Assembly (NCBI RefSeq): GCF_036365525.1
Contig: NC_090404.1
Location: 8,618,001 to 8,682,000 of the forward strand
Source: Heterodontus francisci
Taxonomy: Eukaryota
Reading direction: 5' to 3'
Length of the DNA stretch: 64,000 nt
The notes below the pieces were generated by a model, which was given only the letters and a program-made list of their open reading frames with translations, ran no database searches and had not been told where the DNA came from. The position numbers and the translations under genes are program-made. The number at the start of each line of letters is the position of its first letter. Position 1 is the stretch's first letter. Shown piece by piece: positions 1 to 12,878 of the stretch.

Positions 1-2945
1 TGTGGAAAGAGAAGCAGAGTTAACGTTTCGGGTCAGTGACCCTTCATCGGAACTGACAAATATTAGAAAAGTCACAGGTTATAAGCAAGTGAGGTGGGGG
101 TTGGGCAAGAGATAACAAAGGAGGTCTAGATTGGACCAGGTCACATAGCTGACCAAAAGGTCACGGAGCAAAGGCAAGCAATGTGTTAATGATGTGTTGA
201 AAGACAAAGCATTAGTACAGATTAGGTGTGAATACACTGAATATTGAACAGCAGCAAGTGCAAACCTGAAAAAAAACAGTGGGTAGGCAAACTGAACAAA
301 CTAAGATGAAATGAACTAAATGCAAAAAAAAAATTGTAAAAAATGTAAAAAAGAATGTCAAAAAAAGGAAGAAAAAAATAACTAAAAGTGAAAGTAAAAT
401 GGGGGGCTGTCATGCTCTGAAATTATTGAACTCAATGTTCAGTCCGGCAGGCTGTAGTGTGCCTAATCGGTAGATGAGATGCTGTTCCTCGAGCTTGCAT
501 TGATGTTCAGTGGAACACTGCAGCAATCCCAGGACAGAGATGTGAGCATGAGAGCTGGGGGGAGTGTTGAAATGGCAAGCAATCGGAAGCTCAGGGTCCT
601 GCTTGCGGACTGAGTGGAGATGTTCCGCAAAGCGGTCACCCAGTCTGCGCTTGGTCTCCCCACTGTGAGCAGCGAATACAGTATACTACATTGAAAGAAG
701 TACAAGTAAATCACTGCTTCACCTGAAAGGAGTGTTTGGGGCCTGGGATAGTGAGGAGAGAGGAGGTAAATGGGCAGGTATTACACCTCCTGCGATTGCA
801 GGGGAAGGTGCCATGGGACGGGGACGAAGTGGTGGGTGTAATGGAGGAGTGGACTAGGGTGTCGCGGAGGGAACGATCCCTTCGGAATGCTGACAGGGGA
901 AGGGAGGGGAAGATGTGACTGGTAGTGGCATCACGCTGGAGGTGGCGGAAATGGCGGAGGATGATCCTTTGGATATGGAGGCTGGTGGGGTGAAAAGTGA
1001 GGACAAGGGGAACCCAGTCACCGTTCTGGGAGGTAGGGGAAGGGGTGAGGGTAGAGGTGCGGGGAATGGGCCGGACACAGTTGAGGGCCCTGTCAACCAC
1101 AGTGGGGGGAAATCCTCGGTTGAGGAAAAAGGAGCTCATATCAGAAGCACCGTCATGGAAGGTAGCATGATCAGAGCAGATGCGTCGGAGATGGAGAAAC
1201 TGGGAGATTGGAATGGAGTCCTTACAGAAGGTAGGGTGTGAAGAAGTGTAGTCGAGGTAGCTGTGGGAGTCAGTGTGCTTGTAATGGATATTAGTAGACA
1301 ACCTATCCCCAGAAATGGAGACAGAGAAGTCGAGGAAGGGAAGGGAAGTGTCAGAGATGGACCATGTAAAGGTGAGAGAAGGGTGGAAATTGGAAGCAAA
1401 GTTGATAAAGTTTTCTGGTTCGGGGCGGGAGCAGGAAACGGCACCGATACAGTCATCGATGTACCGGAAAAAGAGTTGGGGGAGGGGGCCTGAGTAGGAC
1501 TGGAACAAAGAATGCTCGACATATCCCACAAAACGACAGGCATAACTAGGACCCATGCGGGTACCCATAGCAACACCTTTTACTTGAAGGAAGTGCGTGG
1601 AGTTGAAGGGGAAGTTGTTCAATGTAAGAACAAGTTCAGCCAGGCGGAGAAGGGTGGTGGTGGATGGGGACTGGTTGGGCCTCTGTTCCAGGAAGAAGCA
1701 GAGAGCCCTCAAACCATCCTGGCGGGGGATGGAGGTGTAGAGCGATTGGACGTCCATAGTGAAGAGGAGGCAGTTGGGACCAGGAAACTGGAAATTGTCA
1801 AAATGACGTAGGGCGTCAGAAGAGTCACGGATGTAGGTGGGAAGAGACTGGACCCACGGAGAAAGGATAGAGTATAGATAGGAAGAAATAAGTTCAGTGG
1901 GCAGGAGCAGGCTGACACAATGGGTCTGCCGGGACAGTCCCGTTTGTGGATTTTGGGAAGGAGGTAGAAGCGGGCTGTCCGGGATTGTGGGACTATGAGG
2001 TTGGAAGCTGTAGAGGGAAGATCTCCAGAGGAGATGAGGTCAGTGACAGTCCTTTGGACGGTGGCTTGATGTTCGGTGGTGGGGTCATGGTCCAGAGGGA
2101 GGTAGGAAGAAGTGTCCGTGAGTTGGCGTTGAGCTTCTGCAAGTTGGAGGTCGGTACGCCATACGACAACAGCACCACCCTTGTCTGCATGTTTGATGAC
2201 CATGTCGGGGTTAGACCTGAGAGAACGGAGTGCCTCAAGTTCAGAGGGGGACAGGTTAGAGTGAGTGAGGGGGGCAGAGAAATTGAGACGACCAATGTCT
2301 CGCCGGCAGTTTTCAATGAAGAGATCAAGAGCGGGTAAGGGGCCAGGGGGAGGGGTCCAGATAGAGGGAGAATGCTGGAGGCGGGTGAGTGGGTCTGCTG
2401 GTCGGGGGGAGGACTCCTGGTCAAAGAAGTGAGCCCGGAGGCGGAAGCGACGGAAGAAGAGCTCAACGTCATGCCGAGCGCGAAATTCATTGAGGTGGGG
2501 GCGGAAGGGGATAAAACTGAGACCTTTGCTGAGAACAGAACGCTCAGCATCAGAGAGGGGACGGTCAGAGGGTATAGTGAATACACGGCAAGGGGTCAGA
2601 TCAGAAGGGGTGGGGTCAGAGGGAAGTGAAGTGGAGGGAGGATCTGGAGGGACATTGGTCCCCATCAGCTGCTGGAGCTAGCGTTCCTTAACACCTGAAA
2701 GGAAGAAAAGCAGTTTTTTGTTAATGCGTCGTTTGAGACGAAAGATGAAATGAAACTGCGGAGCAGAACAGCTTTGAGAGAAGGTGAGGCGGTGCTGCTG
2801 GAGAGAGAGGTCCAGTGTGTGCATGTGGCGGCGCATAGCACTGAGTGTGGATCTCAGGATGCGGCGAGAGTAGCAGTCCGAGGAACGTTGTATTTCTCGG
2901 AGATACCTGTGATCCTGGGTGGTTTCAAAGCATGATGGGTATTCC
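1..2945 (-). mobile_element. Penelope-like retroelement (RT + GIY-YIG endonuclease), frameshifted
   Basis: ORFs 1709-2665 and 711-1757 have PLE RT motifs (ADKGG..VV, PKIHK..PGRPIVS, GVAMGT.MGPSYA, FFRYIDD); 463-714 is a shifted GIY-YIG region; terminal repeat with hammerhead-like motif at 10-58. Confidence 0.88.
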
Positions 2946-3809
2946 TCGCAGCCTGTTCACTGCCATCTGACCACTTCCCAGTACAGCTACCAGAGGGCGG
3001 CAGATAGCAATACTCCTTTCATGGATCAAACGCCGGGCAGCGAGGAGATTTCTGTTTCACCAAAAGCTGAGTAAAACTTGGAATATATAGAAGATTAATA
3101 GTTGAAATCAATTTACTTCAATGGATTGGGAAGATAGATTGAATAATAATCCTCACAAAGAAGCATCTACATATCGAACGATTGGTTTCTGAAACTAACC
3201 AGTGAGCAAGACAAGTGAGTGGAAGTTGTGGAAGATGGTGAAAGAATATTAAAATGTGAATGACAAACACACTCCGATATTTCATTTCTGAAGCCGCTCG
3301 CTGTCCCGTTAGTTGAGATAGATGATAAAGGTTTATTTCTGTTCGGTTGTTTTGTTCAGTAACAGCAGATATCATTGTTCGAATAGGAAGGATCTTTTAA
3401 TCACTCCGGCAAAATACAGAATCATTGTTAGTTCACTAGTTAACTAATCGGTGATGAAAATCTCACTGCAGTCACGGTTACCAGTGTGCTGTTGGTGAAG
3501 TTACTGGAATTTGAGAGGAAGTGTTGACGCCAGAAAAAAAAAACCAAATCTATGAGCAATCTCATGTTTCCGGTCGCAATAACCAGACAAGGGTTTGAGT
3601 CCCCGCCCCACATCTGTCGTCGCAGAACCATTTCCCCTCTTAGGACCGTGACTGTAGCCCAATCCGAGGTGTTTCCATTCACTGACAACCAGCTCACCAT
3701 CTACCGGTCTCACAGCACCACTGGGGGACACAATAAAGTGAGGTGACAAAATCCTGAGACATGACAGCAGATTATTGAGGACGGGGATTAGAACAGGTGT
3801 CTTCAAAAT

Positions 3810-3982
3810 GCATCACCTGGCAACTGGAACCAGTGTTTAGAGCAGGATCACGGCTCGGTTCCTTGCAGCAGAGAAGTGCAGTTCTCTGACTGTTAGCACC
3901 ACTCGGCTGACAGGCACCTCCACCTATTTCTGTGCAATGGAAACAAAGTGTAGCAAAGATGAGCATGGACCGTACAAAAACC
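3810..3982 (+). pseudogene. TCR V 3' fragment with defective 23-RSS
   Basis: ...SLTVSTTRLTGTSTYFCAME then CAAAGTG (3944-3950, CAC broken), 23 bp, ACAAAAACC (3974-3982). Confidence 0.7.
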
Positions 3983-4084
3983 TGCCATGGGCTGGTCCTG
4001 ACCGCGTATAGCCTGTGCTGTTGACAGAGCTCCAGTAATTTTGTAACACTCTCATTATTTCCGCCGAACTCGACACCAAACACC

Positions 4085-4362
4085 ACGCGTTCCCTGAATT
4101 CCTTACGGATAATAATGACCATGCTGCTCGGTGAGTCTGTGTTTAAATGGTAACTCTCTGTCTCATGCGTCACATTAAATCCCAGACATTCTGTGTTTTG
4201 TTACAGGAGCGAGTGGCGCAGACTCAGTGTCTCAGGATCCGTCTGAGTTCGCTGTTCAGGAAGAACATTCCGTAATAGTCAACTATCGGTACTCCACATC
4301 TGACAGCTTTCTCTCCCTCCGTCGGTGCATCAACATTCCGGGAAAGCTCCGAGATATTTACC
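4085..4362 (+). pseudogene. TCR V alpha/delta pseudogene, leader plus 5' half
   Basis: Leader-like exon ending G|GTGAGT, acceptor TTACAG, then GASGADSVSQDPSEFAVQEEHSVIVNY (Cys to Tyr); frameshift and truncation in FR2. Confidence 0.65.
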
Positions 4363-4561
4363 TAGGCGATCAAACTCAGGTCACAAAGATAAGTCTCAAG
4401 GATTCCCAGACTGGTTCTCTGTTGGTTTGGACAAGGATACAGACAGCAACACAACTGTTTAAATTGAAACCTGACAGTGGTAGTTCTCAGTGGACATGGC
4501 ATCAAAGTCACCCTGCCGATAAAGCCCCAAAGAACACTTAACGGAGCTGTAAACTGGCTGA

Positions 4562-5100
4562 GGGTTTTCTGCGGGGTCTTGGCTTTTATCTGACGATGGA
4601 CCTCACTGCACAGTAATAGAGTGCCCCGTCCTCCACACTCAGGTCACTTATATTGAGATAACCGTACTTCTTAGACTTGTCAGCAGCCGCCAGATATTGT
4701 TCGGAGATTTTGTTTTTCTTAAGTGCTACAAGTTTGCTAATAATCCACCTTGGAAGCTGTGTCGGTTTTGCCGTTACCGTTGCATGTTTTTTATAACCTG
4801 GGCTGAATATTAGCAATCTACCTGCACCAAACGCCCTTCTGACAAGGTTATTCTCACCGGAGAGTGAGTTACCGGATCTGCACATAGTTCATCTTTAAAG
4901 GTAGAGGAATAAAGAAAAGCAGGTTAAACAGGGTTGATTTAAACTTGCGTCGATCTGTGTGAGTGCGTCTAAGATCTCATCTACCCAACTAAGTGGATTA
5001 AATCCGAGTGCAAACCATTTGCATGAATCTGATAATTTACCTTGCATAATCTAATCCAGTACTTACCGTGCAACACAGCCGCCAGTATTATTAGAAACAT
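4562..5100 (-). pseudogene. TCR V alpha/delta pseudogene
   Basis: Leader MFLIILAAVLH (5067-5100) with GTAAGT; V exon from 4892 has a stop after the first Cys and frameshifts; ends LNISDLSVEDGALYYCAVR; degenerate RSS. Confidence 0.75.
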
Positions 5101-5684
5101 TTCTAATTGAATCGCACGCTGTGATTGGAATGGAATGAGCCAAAGATTGAGAAGGGGAGGGAGGTAACCTGGGGCCTGTTCAGCTCATAGTTCCACCCAC
5201 ACACTACAGGGGGCGGTACAATTGTGACCTCACTCAGCCTGCGATGCCAATTGGCCTTGGTGCTGGCATCACATGACTTCGGAATTACCATGTTTGGGTT
5301 TAGCGCCCTCTGCTGGCGGATTCTGTTCAATCTGGTTCAGAATGTGGCCATTGAGTGGATTTACGGTTTACTGATTTTCATACAAAATGTCTCCTCGAAA
5401 TCTAAATTGCAGCTCATTAGACGCAAACTTTATTTTTTTGCTGAAGCTTATGCCAGAAAATGATGTCAAAGCTTTATAAATCACTGTTCAGACATCAGCT
5501 GGAGTTCTGTGTCCAATTCTGGGCACCACGAATTGGAAAGAACGTCAAGACATTGGAGAAAGTGCAGAATGGTATCAGAGATGACTGATTGTTATGTGAA
5601 CAGACTGAAGAGACAGGGATTGTCCACCTTATCTGAAAGAAGCTTCAAGAGAGACTTAATTGAGATGCTCAAAATTCTAGAATT

Positions 5685-7853
5685 AGAATTAGAATTAGAA
5701 CATTACAGCACAGTACAGGCCCTTCGGCCCTCGATGTTGTGCCAACCTGTGAAACCATCTGACCTACACTATTCCAGTTTCATCCATATGTCTATCCAAT
5801 GACCACTTAAATGCCCTTAAAGTTGGCGAGTCTACTACTGTTGCAGGCAGGGCGTTCCACGCCCCTACTACTCTCTGAGTAAAGAAACTACCTCTATCAT
5901 CTGTCCTATATCTATCACCCCTCAACTTAAAGCTATGTCCCCTCGTGTTTGCCATCACCATCCGAGGAAAAAGACTCTCACTATCCACCCTATCTAACCC
6001 TCTGATTATCTTATATGTCTCCATTAAGTCACCTCCCCTCCTCCTTCTCTCCAACGAAAACAACCTCAAGTCCCTCAGCCTTTCCTCGTAAGACCTTCCC
6101 TCCATACCAGGCAACATCCTAGTAAATCTCCTCTGCACCCTTTCCAAAGCTTCCACATCCTTCCTATAATGCGGTGAACAGAACTGCACGCAATACTCCA
6201 GGTGCGGCCTCACCAGAGTTTTGTACAGCTGCAGCATGACCTCGTTGCTCCGAAACATCGATCCCCCTACTAATAAAAGCTAACACACCATATGCCTTCT
6301 TAACAGCCCTATTAACCTGGGTAGCAACTTTCAGGGATTTATGTACCTGGACACCAAGATCTCTCTGTTCATCTACACAACCAAGAATCTTCCCATTAGC
6401 CCAGTACTCTGCATTCCTGTTACTCCTTCCAAAGTGAATCACCTCACACTTTTCCGCATTAAACTCCATTTGTCATCTCTCAGCCCAGCTCTGCAGCCTA
6501 TCTATGACCCCCTGTACCCTACAACATCCTTCGACACTATCCACAACTCCACCGACCTTAGTGTCATCCGCAAATTTACTAACCCACCCTTCTACACCCT
6601 CATCCAGGTCATTTATAAAAATGACAAACAGCAGTGGCCCTAAAACAGATCCTTGCGGTACACCACTAGTAACTATACTCCAGGATGAACATTTGCCATC
6701 AACCACCACCCTCTGTTTTCTTTCAGCTAGCCAATTTCTGATCCAAAGCACTAAATCACCTTCAACCCCATACTTCCGTATGTTCTGCAATAGCCTACCG
6801 TGGGGAACCTCATCAAACGCCTTACTGAAATCCATATACACCACATCCACTGCTTTACCCTCATCCACTTGTTTGGTCACCTTCTCGAAAAACTCAATAA
6901 GGTTTGTGAGGCACGACCTACCCTTCACAAAACCGTGCTGACTATCGCTAATGAACTTATTCTTTTCAAGATGATTATAAATCCTGTCTCTTATAACCTT
7001 TTCCAACATTTTACCCACAACCGAAGTAAGGTTCACAGGTTTATAATTACCAGGACTGTCTGTACTCCCCTTCTTGAACAAGGGGACAACATTTGCTATC
7101 CTCCAGTCTTCCGGCACTATTCCTGTCGACAATGACGACATAAAGATCAAGGACAAAGGCTCTTCAATCTCCTCCGTGACTTCCCAGAGAATCCTAGGAT
7201 AAATCCCATCTGGCCCAGGGGACTTATCTATTTTCACACTTTCCAAAATTGCTAACACCTCCTCCTTGTGAATCTCAATCCCAACTAGCCTAGTAATATG
7301 AATCTCAGTATTCTCCTCAACAACATTTTCTTTCTCTACTGTAAATACTGACGAAAAATATTCATTTAACGCTTCCCCTACCTCCTCTGATTCCACACAC
7401 AACTTCCCACTACTATCCTTGATTGGCCCTAATCTAACTCTAGTCATTCTTTTATTCCTGATATACCTATAGAAAGCCTGTGGGTTTTCCTTGATCCTAT
7501 CCGCCAATGACTTCGCGTGTCCTCTCTTTGCTCTTTTTAGCTCTCCCTTTAGATCCTTCCTGGCTAGCTTGTAACTCTCAAGCGCCATAACTGAGCCTTC
7601 ACGTCTCATCCGAACATAAGCCTTCTTCTTCCTCTTGACAAGCGCTTCAACTTCTTCAGTAAATCACGGCTCCCTCGCTCGACAACTTCCTCCCTGCCTG
7701 ACAGGTACATACTTATCAAGGACACGCAGTAGCTGCTCCTTGAATAAGCTCCACATTTCGATTGTGCCCATCCCCTGCAGTTTCCTTCCCCATCCTACGC
7801 ATCCTAAATCTTGCCTAATCGCATCAGAATTTGCTTTCCCCCAGCTATAATTC
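5685..7853 (-). mobile_element. CR1-clade LINE, 5' truncated, nested in an older CR1 fragment
   Basis: RT ORFs 6473-7609, 6164-6469, 5764-6258 ([25 protein letters not shown]); (TTCTAA)n tail; AATTCTA at both ends as likely TSD. Confidence 0.92.
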
Positions 7854-8542
7854 TAAGTGGTTTTGATGAAGTAGATCACTCGTAACTGTTTCCATGAGCA
7901 GAAAATTCGATAACCCAAGCACCCCGATTTAAGAGAAATGATAAAAAGACAAGCCAAGATGAGATTTATTTATTAAACAGCAATTTGTTAAAATCTGGAA
8001 TGCACTGCCTAAAACGGCGGCGGAGGAAGATTCAACCGTAACTTTCAAAAGGGGATTGTGTATAATCTGAAAGGGAAAGTAGAGCCGGGCTTTGTGGAAA
8101 ACGCGAGAAGTGAAGAATGAATTGGAGAACTCCTTCAAATGGGCATATGTACGATAGGCTGAATGGCCTCATTCCGTGCTCTCAGGTTCTATCATTCTAG
8201 TCCCCTCATGTCCATCACACTCTGTTGCCAACCAAACGAGCAGTGCGCATGTGCAGGATAGCCTGAGACCTCTGGAGATTCAACCCTTCGCTATTTCCTC
8301 CCATCAGTTCCGAGTGCAGCTGAGTGTCGCCGCACACTTCGCTCAATTTTGAGTCTGCGGGATCTCCGCCCACAGCTTCCGTTTGTTGCTCTCGTTCTGA
8401 CCCGATTGTCTAATTGGAGAGATTGCTACCGCGGGTCCATTCTTGTCATTGGTTGTATCAGCAGTGCAGTGGGACCGGGATCTGTATTTCTCCTTCGACA
8501 GAGAATTTCCTGCACTGCAGAGTTACAGATTCAGGAAGTATC

Positions 8543-9046
8543 ATGTGGAACCGTCTATCACCGCTTCTCATCATTATATCACTTCTCAGTAAGTATTTCC
8601 TTCTCAGTAAAAGTCCGCTCTCCCCCTGACTGCTGTAATCCAGATGTTATTGTTGGTAAAATAATAGTGATGGTGGTGTTGAGGGTTATGTTGATCAATA
8701 TGAGGCAAATTCTGATTGCTGATATTACTATTTTTCTGTTAGAATGGAGCCACCAAGACACAGTGGAACAGCCGGTTGCTGAAATAACAGTCGAAGAGGG
8801 ATCTAAAGTCACAATAACCTGCACCTTGAAAACAAGCAGTTCTAACCCTTATGTGTACTGGTACAGTCAGCGCCCCGGGCAGCCTCCACACAACATACTT
8901 CGTCTTATTGGAGGGAATCTATACAGGAACACCGGCATCACTGTTCGGTTCTCGGCTACGTTTAATAAAACTGCCAAGATTACCGAGATAACGGTCGGCA
9001 ACACCCTGATCTCCGACAGCGCCGTGTATTTCTGTGCCATGAGCCC
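8543..9046 (+). CDS. TCR V alpha/delta segment, apparently intact (leader 8543-8588, V exon 8743-9046)
   Basis: MWNRLSPLLIIISLL|GTAAGT; V exon ..DTVEQP..VTITC..YVYWYSQRPGQPP..DSAVYFCAMS; RSS CACACTG (9047-9053), 24 bp by my count, ACAAAAACC (9078-9086). Confidence 0.85.
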
Positions 9047-9792
9047 CACACTGCTGCAGATATATAGCAGATCCCGTACAAAAACCCACACTTAGAGTTC
9101 CAGTTAGCGCTCACCAGAGGGCGCGCTTGCACCCGGAAACTGGAAATAATAATTCAGCCTTCACAATGAGAGTCACAGAGAGATTCTTAAAACTGCGACA
9201 GAGCACAAACCTCAACAACAGGCGAGGTTCACTTACGCAGTTATCTTAGTCTGTGACTACAACTTGCATTTATCATTAAAAAAAATGAGCTTTAAAAATC
9301 GAAGTCAGCTATCTTTACTCACCTTTTGTCTTTCGATGCTCTTTCCCTGCCTACTTGTTCCTGTCACACCCTGTCTCTACACTTGACCCAGTATTGTACA
9401 CATTTCCTTCTTACAGTCTTTAGTTTCCAAATATAAATCTTTGCTAAATCTCGGTACGTTAATTCAGAACCATTCCACCGCAGATGCCCATAGATTCAGT
9501 GGTGGTTTAAACCGACTTCACGAATGATTCACTTATTATTGACTAACATAATAGTCTTGACAATCCTGTCCCGAACCTGCCTTCCTGCAATATGTAATGG
9601 ATGGGAAAGTGCCGCAGCTCTCACAGAAAGGCAGAGTTGTAGAATTTTCGAAAGAGACATTATTATTTAATTCCATTCCTTACAAGTGGATACTCCACGT
9701 GACAACACTGCCTGCGGCAGCCCAGCCCACAGCTTCCCTTTGTTGCTGTCTTTCTGACCCGCCGTCCGTACCCTGTGTTCTTGGAGACACTG

Positions 9793-10002
9793 AAAGCAAA
9801 ATACTGCAGATGCTGCAAGTCTGAAATAAAAACAAATAATGCTGGAAATACTCAGCAGACCTGGCAGCATCTGTGGAGAGAGAAGCAGAGTTAATGTTTC
9901 AGGTCAGTGACCCTTCATCAGACCTGAAACGTTAACTCTGCTTCTCTCTCCACAGATGCTGCCAGACCTGCTAAGTATTTACAGCATTTCTTTGTCTTTA
10001 TT
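9793..10002. repeat. Palindromic Penelope-terminal-derived short element
   Basis: Two inverted arms of the sequence found at window positions 1-55 (GCATCTGTGGAGAGAGAAGCAGAGTTAA...TTAACTCTGCTTCTCTCTCCACAGATGC). Confidence 0.7.
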
Positions 10003-10304
10003 CTTGGAGAGATTCCTGCTGTTGTTCCCTATCTGTCCCTTCTCATCACCGTCTCCACTGTTCCCGAATAATCCTTTAAATTTTCCCTTTCCAGTCTTCA
10101 GTTTAACAACATAAAATCTTTATTTTGTTCAGCATATTACTTGAGAACTGCTGCAACCCAGCTTCCTATGAATATGATAAATGAATAAACACATAATTTC
10201 TCGCAGCCTGTCCACCGAACATCCAGCAGAGGGCAGCAGATCACCGTGTTTGGCTGTTTCCATTCACTGACATCCAGCTCACCACCAACAGTCTCAGAGT
10301 GGTC

Positions 10305-10660
10305 GGGCGGCACAGTGGCGCAGTGGTTTGCACCACAGCCTCACTGCTCCAGCGATCCGGGTTTAATTCTGGGTACTGCATGTGTGGAGTTTGCAAGTTC
10401 TCCCTGTGTTTGCATGGGTTTCCTCCGGGTGCACCAGTTTCCTCCCACATGCCAAAGACTTGCACGTTGATAGGTTAATTGGCCATGATAAATTGCCCTG
10501 AGTATAGGTCGGTGGTCGGGAAATATAGGGACAGTTGGGGATGTGGTAGGGGTATGGGATTAGTGTAGGATTAGTATAAATGGGTGGTTGATGGTCGGCA
10601 CAGACTCGGTGGGCTGAAGGGCCTGTTTCAGTGCTGTATCTCTAAACTAAACTAAACTAA
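10305..10660 (+). mobile_element. tRNA-derived SINE (HE1/V-SINE-like)
   Basis: GGGCGGCACAGTGGCGCAGTGG head with A/B boxes, central TTCTCCCTGTG..GGGTTTCCTCCGGGTG domain, (CTAAA)n tail; several other copies in the window. Confidence 0.85.
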
Positions 10661-10899
10661 ATAAGAACCATTGGGGACACAAAGAAGTGAAGTGAGAGCA
10701 CCTGAGACTTGACAGCAGATTAACGAGGGTGGGGATTAGAACAGGTGTCTTCAAATATGATTCTGTGTTGGATTTCTCAGTCCGATTGGATTCTGCAGTT
10801 TGTTTTCTCGGCCGCTCCTGGAAACAGTTGGGTGACAGTTTGATCCGAGGTGAATTTGGTTTCCTCTCGGTGTGTGTTTGAGCGCCTGACAGCGCGCTG

Positions 10900-10938
10900 C
10901 ACATTGTGGCTGCATCTGCCCGCGATTCTACACAAACC
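10900..10938 (+). other. Orphan 23-RSS on a highly decayed V remnant
   Basis: CACATTG, 23 bp, ACACAAACC; upstream reads as degenerate V FR3 (SVCV*A). Confidence 0.5.
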
Positions 10939-11012
10939 CAACATACAGGAGCTCCTACCCACAGTCCAAGGACAGTTTTTGTACAGGGGTGAGACTGCTT
11001 TCCATCACTGTG

Positions 11013-11481
11013 AGTCCCTGAGAGCGCAGTAATACACGGCAGAGTCAGTCAGCTGCAGCTCCGAGATTGTTAAACTGATGAATTTATTCCAGGTTTGGAG
11101 CTTCGCAACGAAACGGATTTTAGCAAAATCTGCTTTATCTTCACCACCGCTCGAGAATTTCCTCAGGATAAACTCGGGCTGTGTATCTGGGTGTTGTCGA
11201 TACCAGTATAAATAATAGTCGCTCCATGTAGTATCATAGGTGCAGCTTAAAGTCACCGCGTCTCCTTCTGTCTTAACATTTGAGGACGGCGGCTGAGTGA
11301 CAGAATTTCCATGACTCCGATCTGAAAAACAAGTTTAAACAGGAAAAGACCAGACTGACGACTGTTTAAACTTCAGATTTAAAGCATGTTTGTGAAATAA
11401 GAGAAAATATTAAAATGTGTTTAGTCCACAATTACCTGTCAGAAATGCCTCCCACACAACCCAGATGATGAGTAGCCGCAT
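11013..11481 (-). CDS. TCR V alpha/delta segment, intact (leader 11436-11481, V exon 11013-11321)
   Basis: MRLLIIWVVWEAFLT|GT; DRSHGNSVTQPP..VTLSC..YLYWYRQHP..DSAVYYCALRD; RSS CACAGTG (11006-11012), 23 bp, ACAAAAACT (10974-10982). Confidence 0.92.
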
Positions 11482-12878
11482 TGTCACTGTCCGCTCTGTA
11501 AAAGGGGAGTTGGATATTTGAAGACGCCCGTTCTTATCCCCACACTCAATAATCTGCTGTCGTGTCTCAGGATTCTCTTACCTCACTTCCTTGTGTCCCC
11601 AGTGGTGCTGTGAGAGCGGTAGGTGGGGAGCTGGTTGTCAGTGAATGGAAACACCCCGAGCTGGGCTCCAGTCACTGTCCTTATATGGGGAATGGTTCCG
11701 CTGTTAGAGCCGTGGGGCGGGGACTGAACCCCTTGTCTGGATATTGCACTGGAAACATGGGATTGTTAATGGGGTTGGTTTATTCTGGCGTCACTTTTTC
11801 CTCCCAAATTTAAGTATATTCACCATCAGCACACTGGTAACCGTGACTCCAGTGAGATTTCCCTCACCGATCAGTTAACTAGTGAACTAACAATGATTCT
11901 GTATTTTGCAGGAGTGATTTATAGATCTGTCATACTAGAACGATGATATCTGCTGTTACTGAACAAACAACGGAACAGACAGAAAAATAATAAATTCGCG
12001 CTGTTATTTGAACAGCGTTTCCAGCACTGTGGTTTACATTTAATATGATGTTCTCATGCTTTCTGTTGAATTCTAACACTCTTTTTGTTTTTAATTGTTA
12101 ATAATATCGTCCATAATCTTCAAATTTTGGATTTGTGATAACCGAGAATTGAGGGAGCGGCGCATTGGTGCTTTTTAGCAATTTGCCATTCATCGGCTGA
12201 AAGTGGGGGAGGGGTTCAAAGCCTCCAGGGTGAGCTGGAGGGCGAGTTTTCATTAACAAGAACCCAAACACCAACAGGACATGAAAAATTGTCCTTATAA
12301 CATTCACACTGAATAGACAATGGAGTTGAGAAGTAAAACAAACAAAGTACAGGCGGTTTTGTTTTGTCTTTCCCGCCTTTAACAACGATCTCCACTAATA
12401 GTACAGCGAGCGATTTCAGAAATCAGATCTCAGGGTGTCGGTCATTGATATTTTAATATTCGTTTCTCCATCTTCCACCTACTTGTCCTGCCCCCTGGTT
12501 AGTATCAATCGGATACAAATGCGGATGCATCTCTGTGAGGATTATTGTCCCATGTAGCTTCCCAACTCATTGAGTAAAATTGATTTCATCTATTAAACGT
12601 CTTGGAGAAACAGAAATCACCTCGCTGCCCGGGGTCTGATCCAAAAGAGATCATTGCTACCTGCCGCCCTCTGGTGGCTATGCTGAGAAGTGGTCAGATG
12701 GCAGTGAACAGGGTGTGACAAATTCTGTGTTGGGCCATTGGCCTGATCTGACAGCCTCCTGTTTCTAGCGGTTCTGACTTTACATGCCGAACAGAAACAA
12801 AGGTTTTTAACTTTAAAACTGAAGACTGGAAGAAGGAAATGTATTCAATTATGCATAAAGAATGGTGACAGGTGATAA

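Noticed and set aside
8349-9095. 248 aa single-exon ORF
   Set aside because: Read-through of upstream sequence and the leader intron into the V exon; the real structure is a spliced leader plus V.
10305-10375. tRNA gene
   Set aside because: It is the tRNA-derived head of a SINE, continuous with the SINE body and tail.
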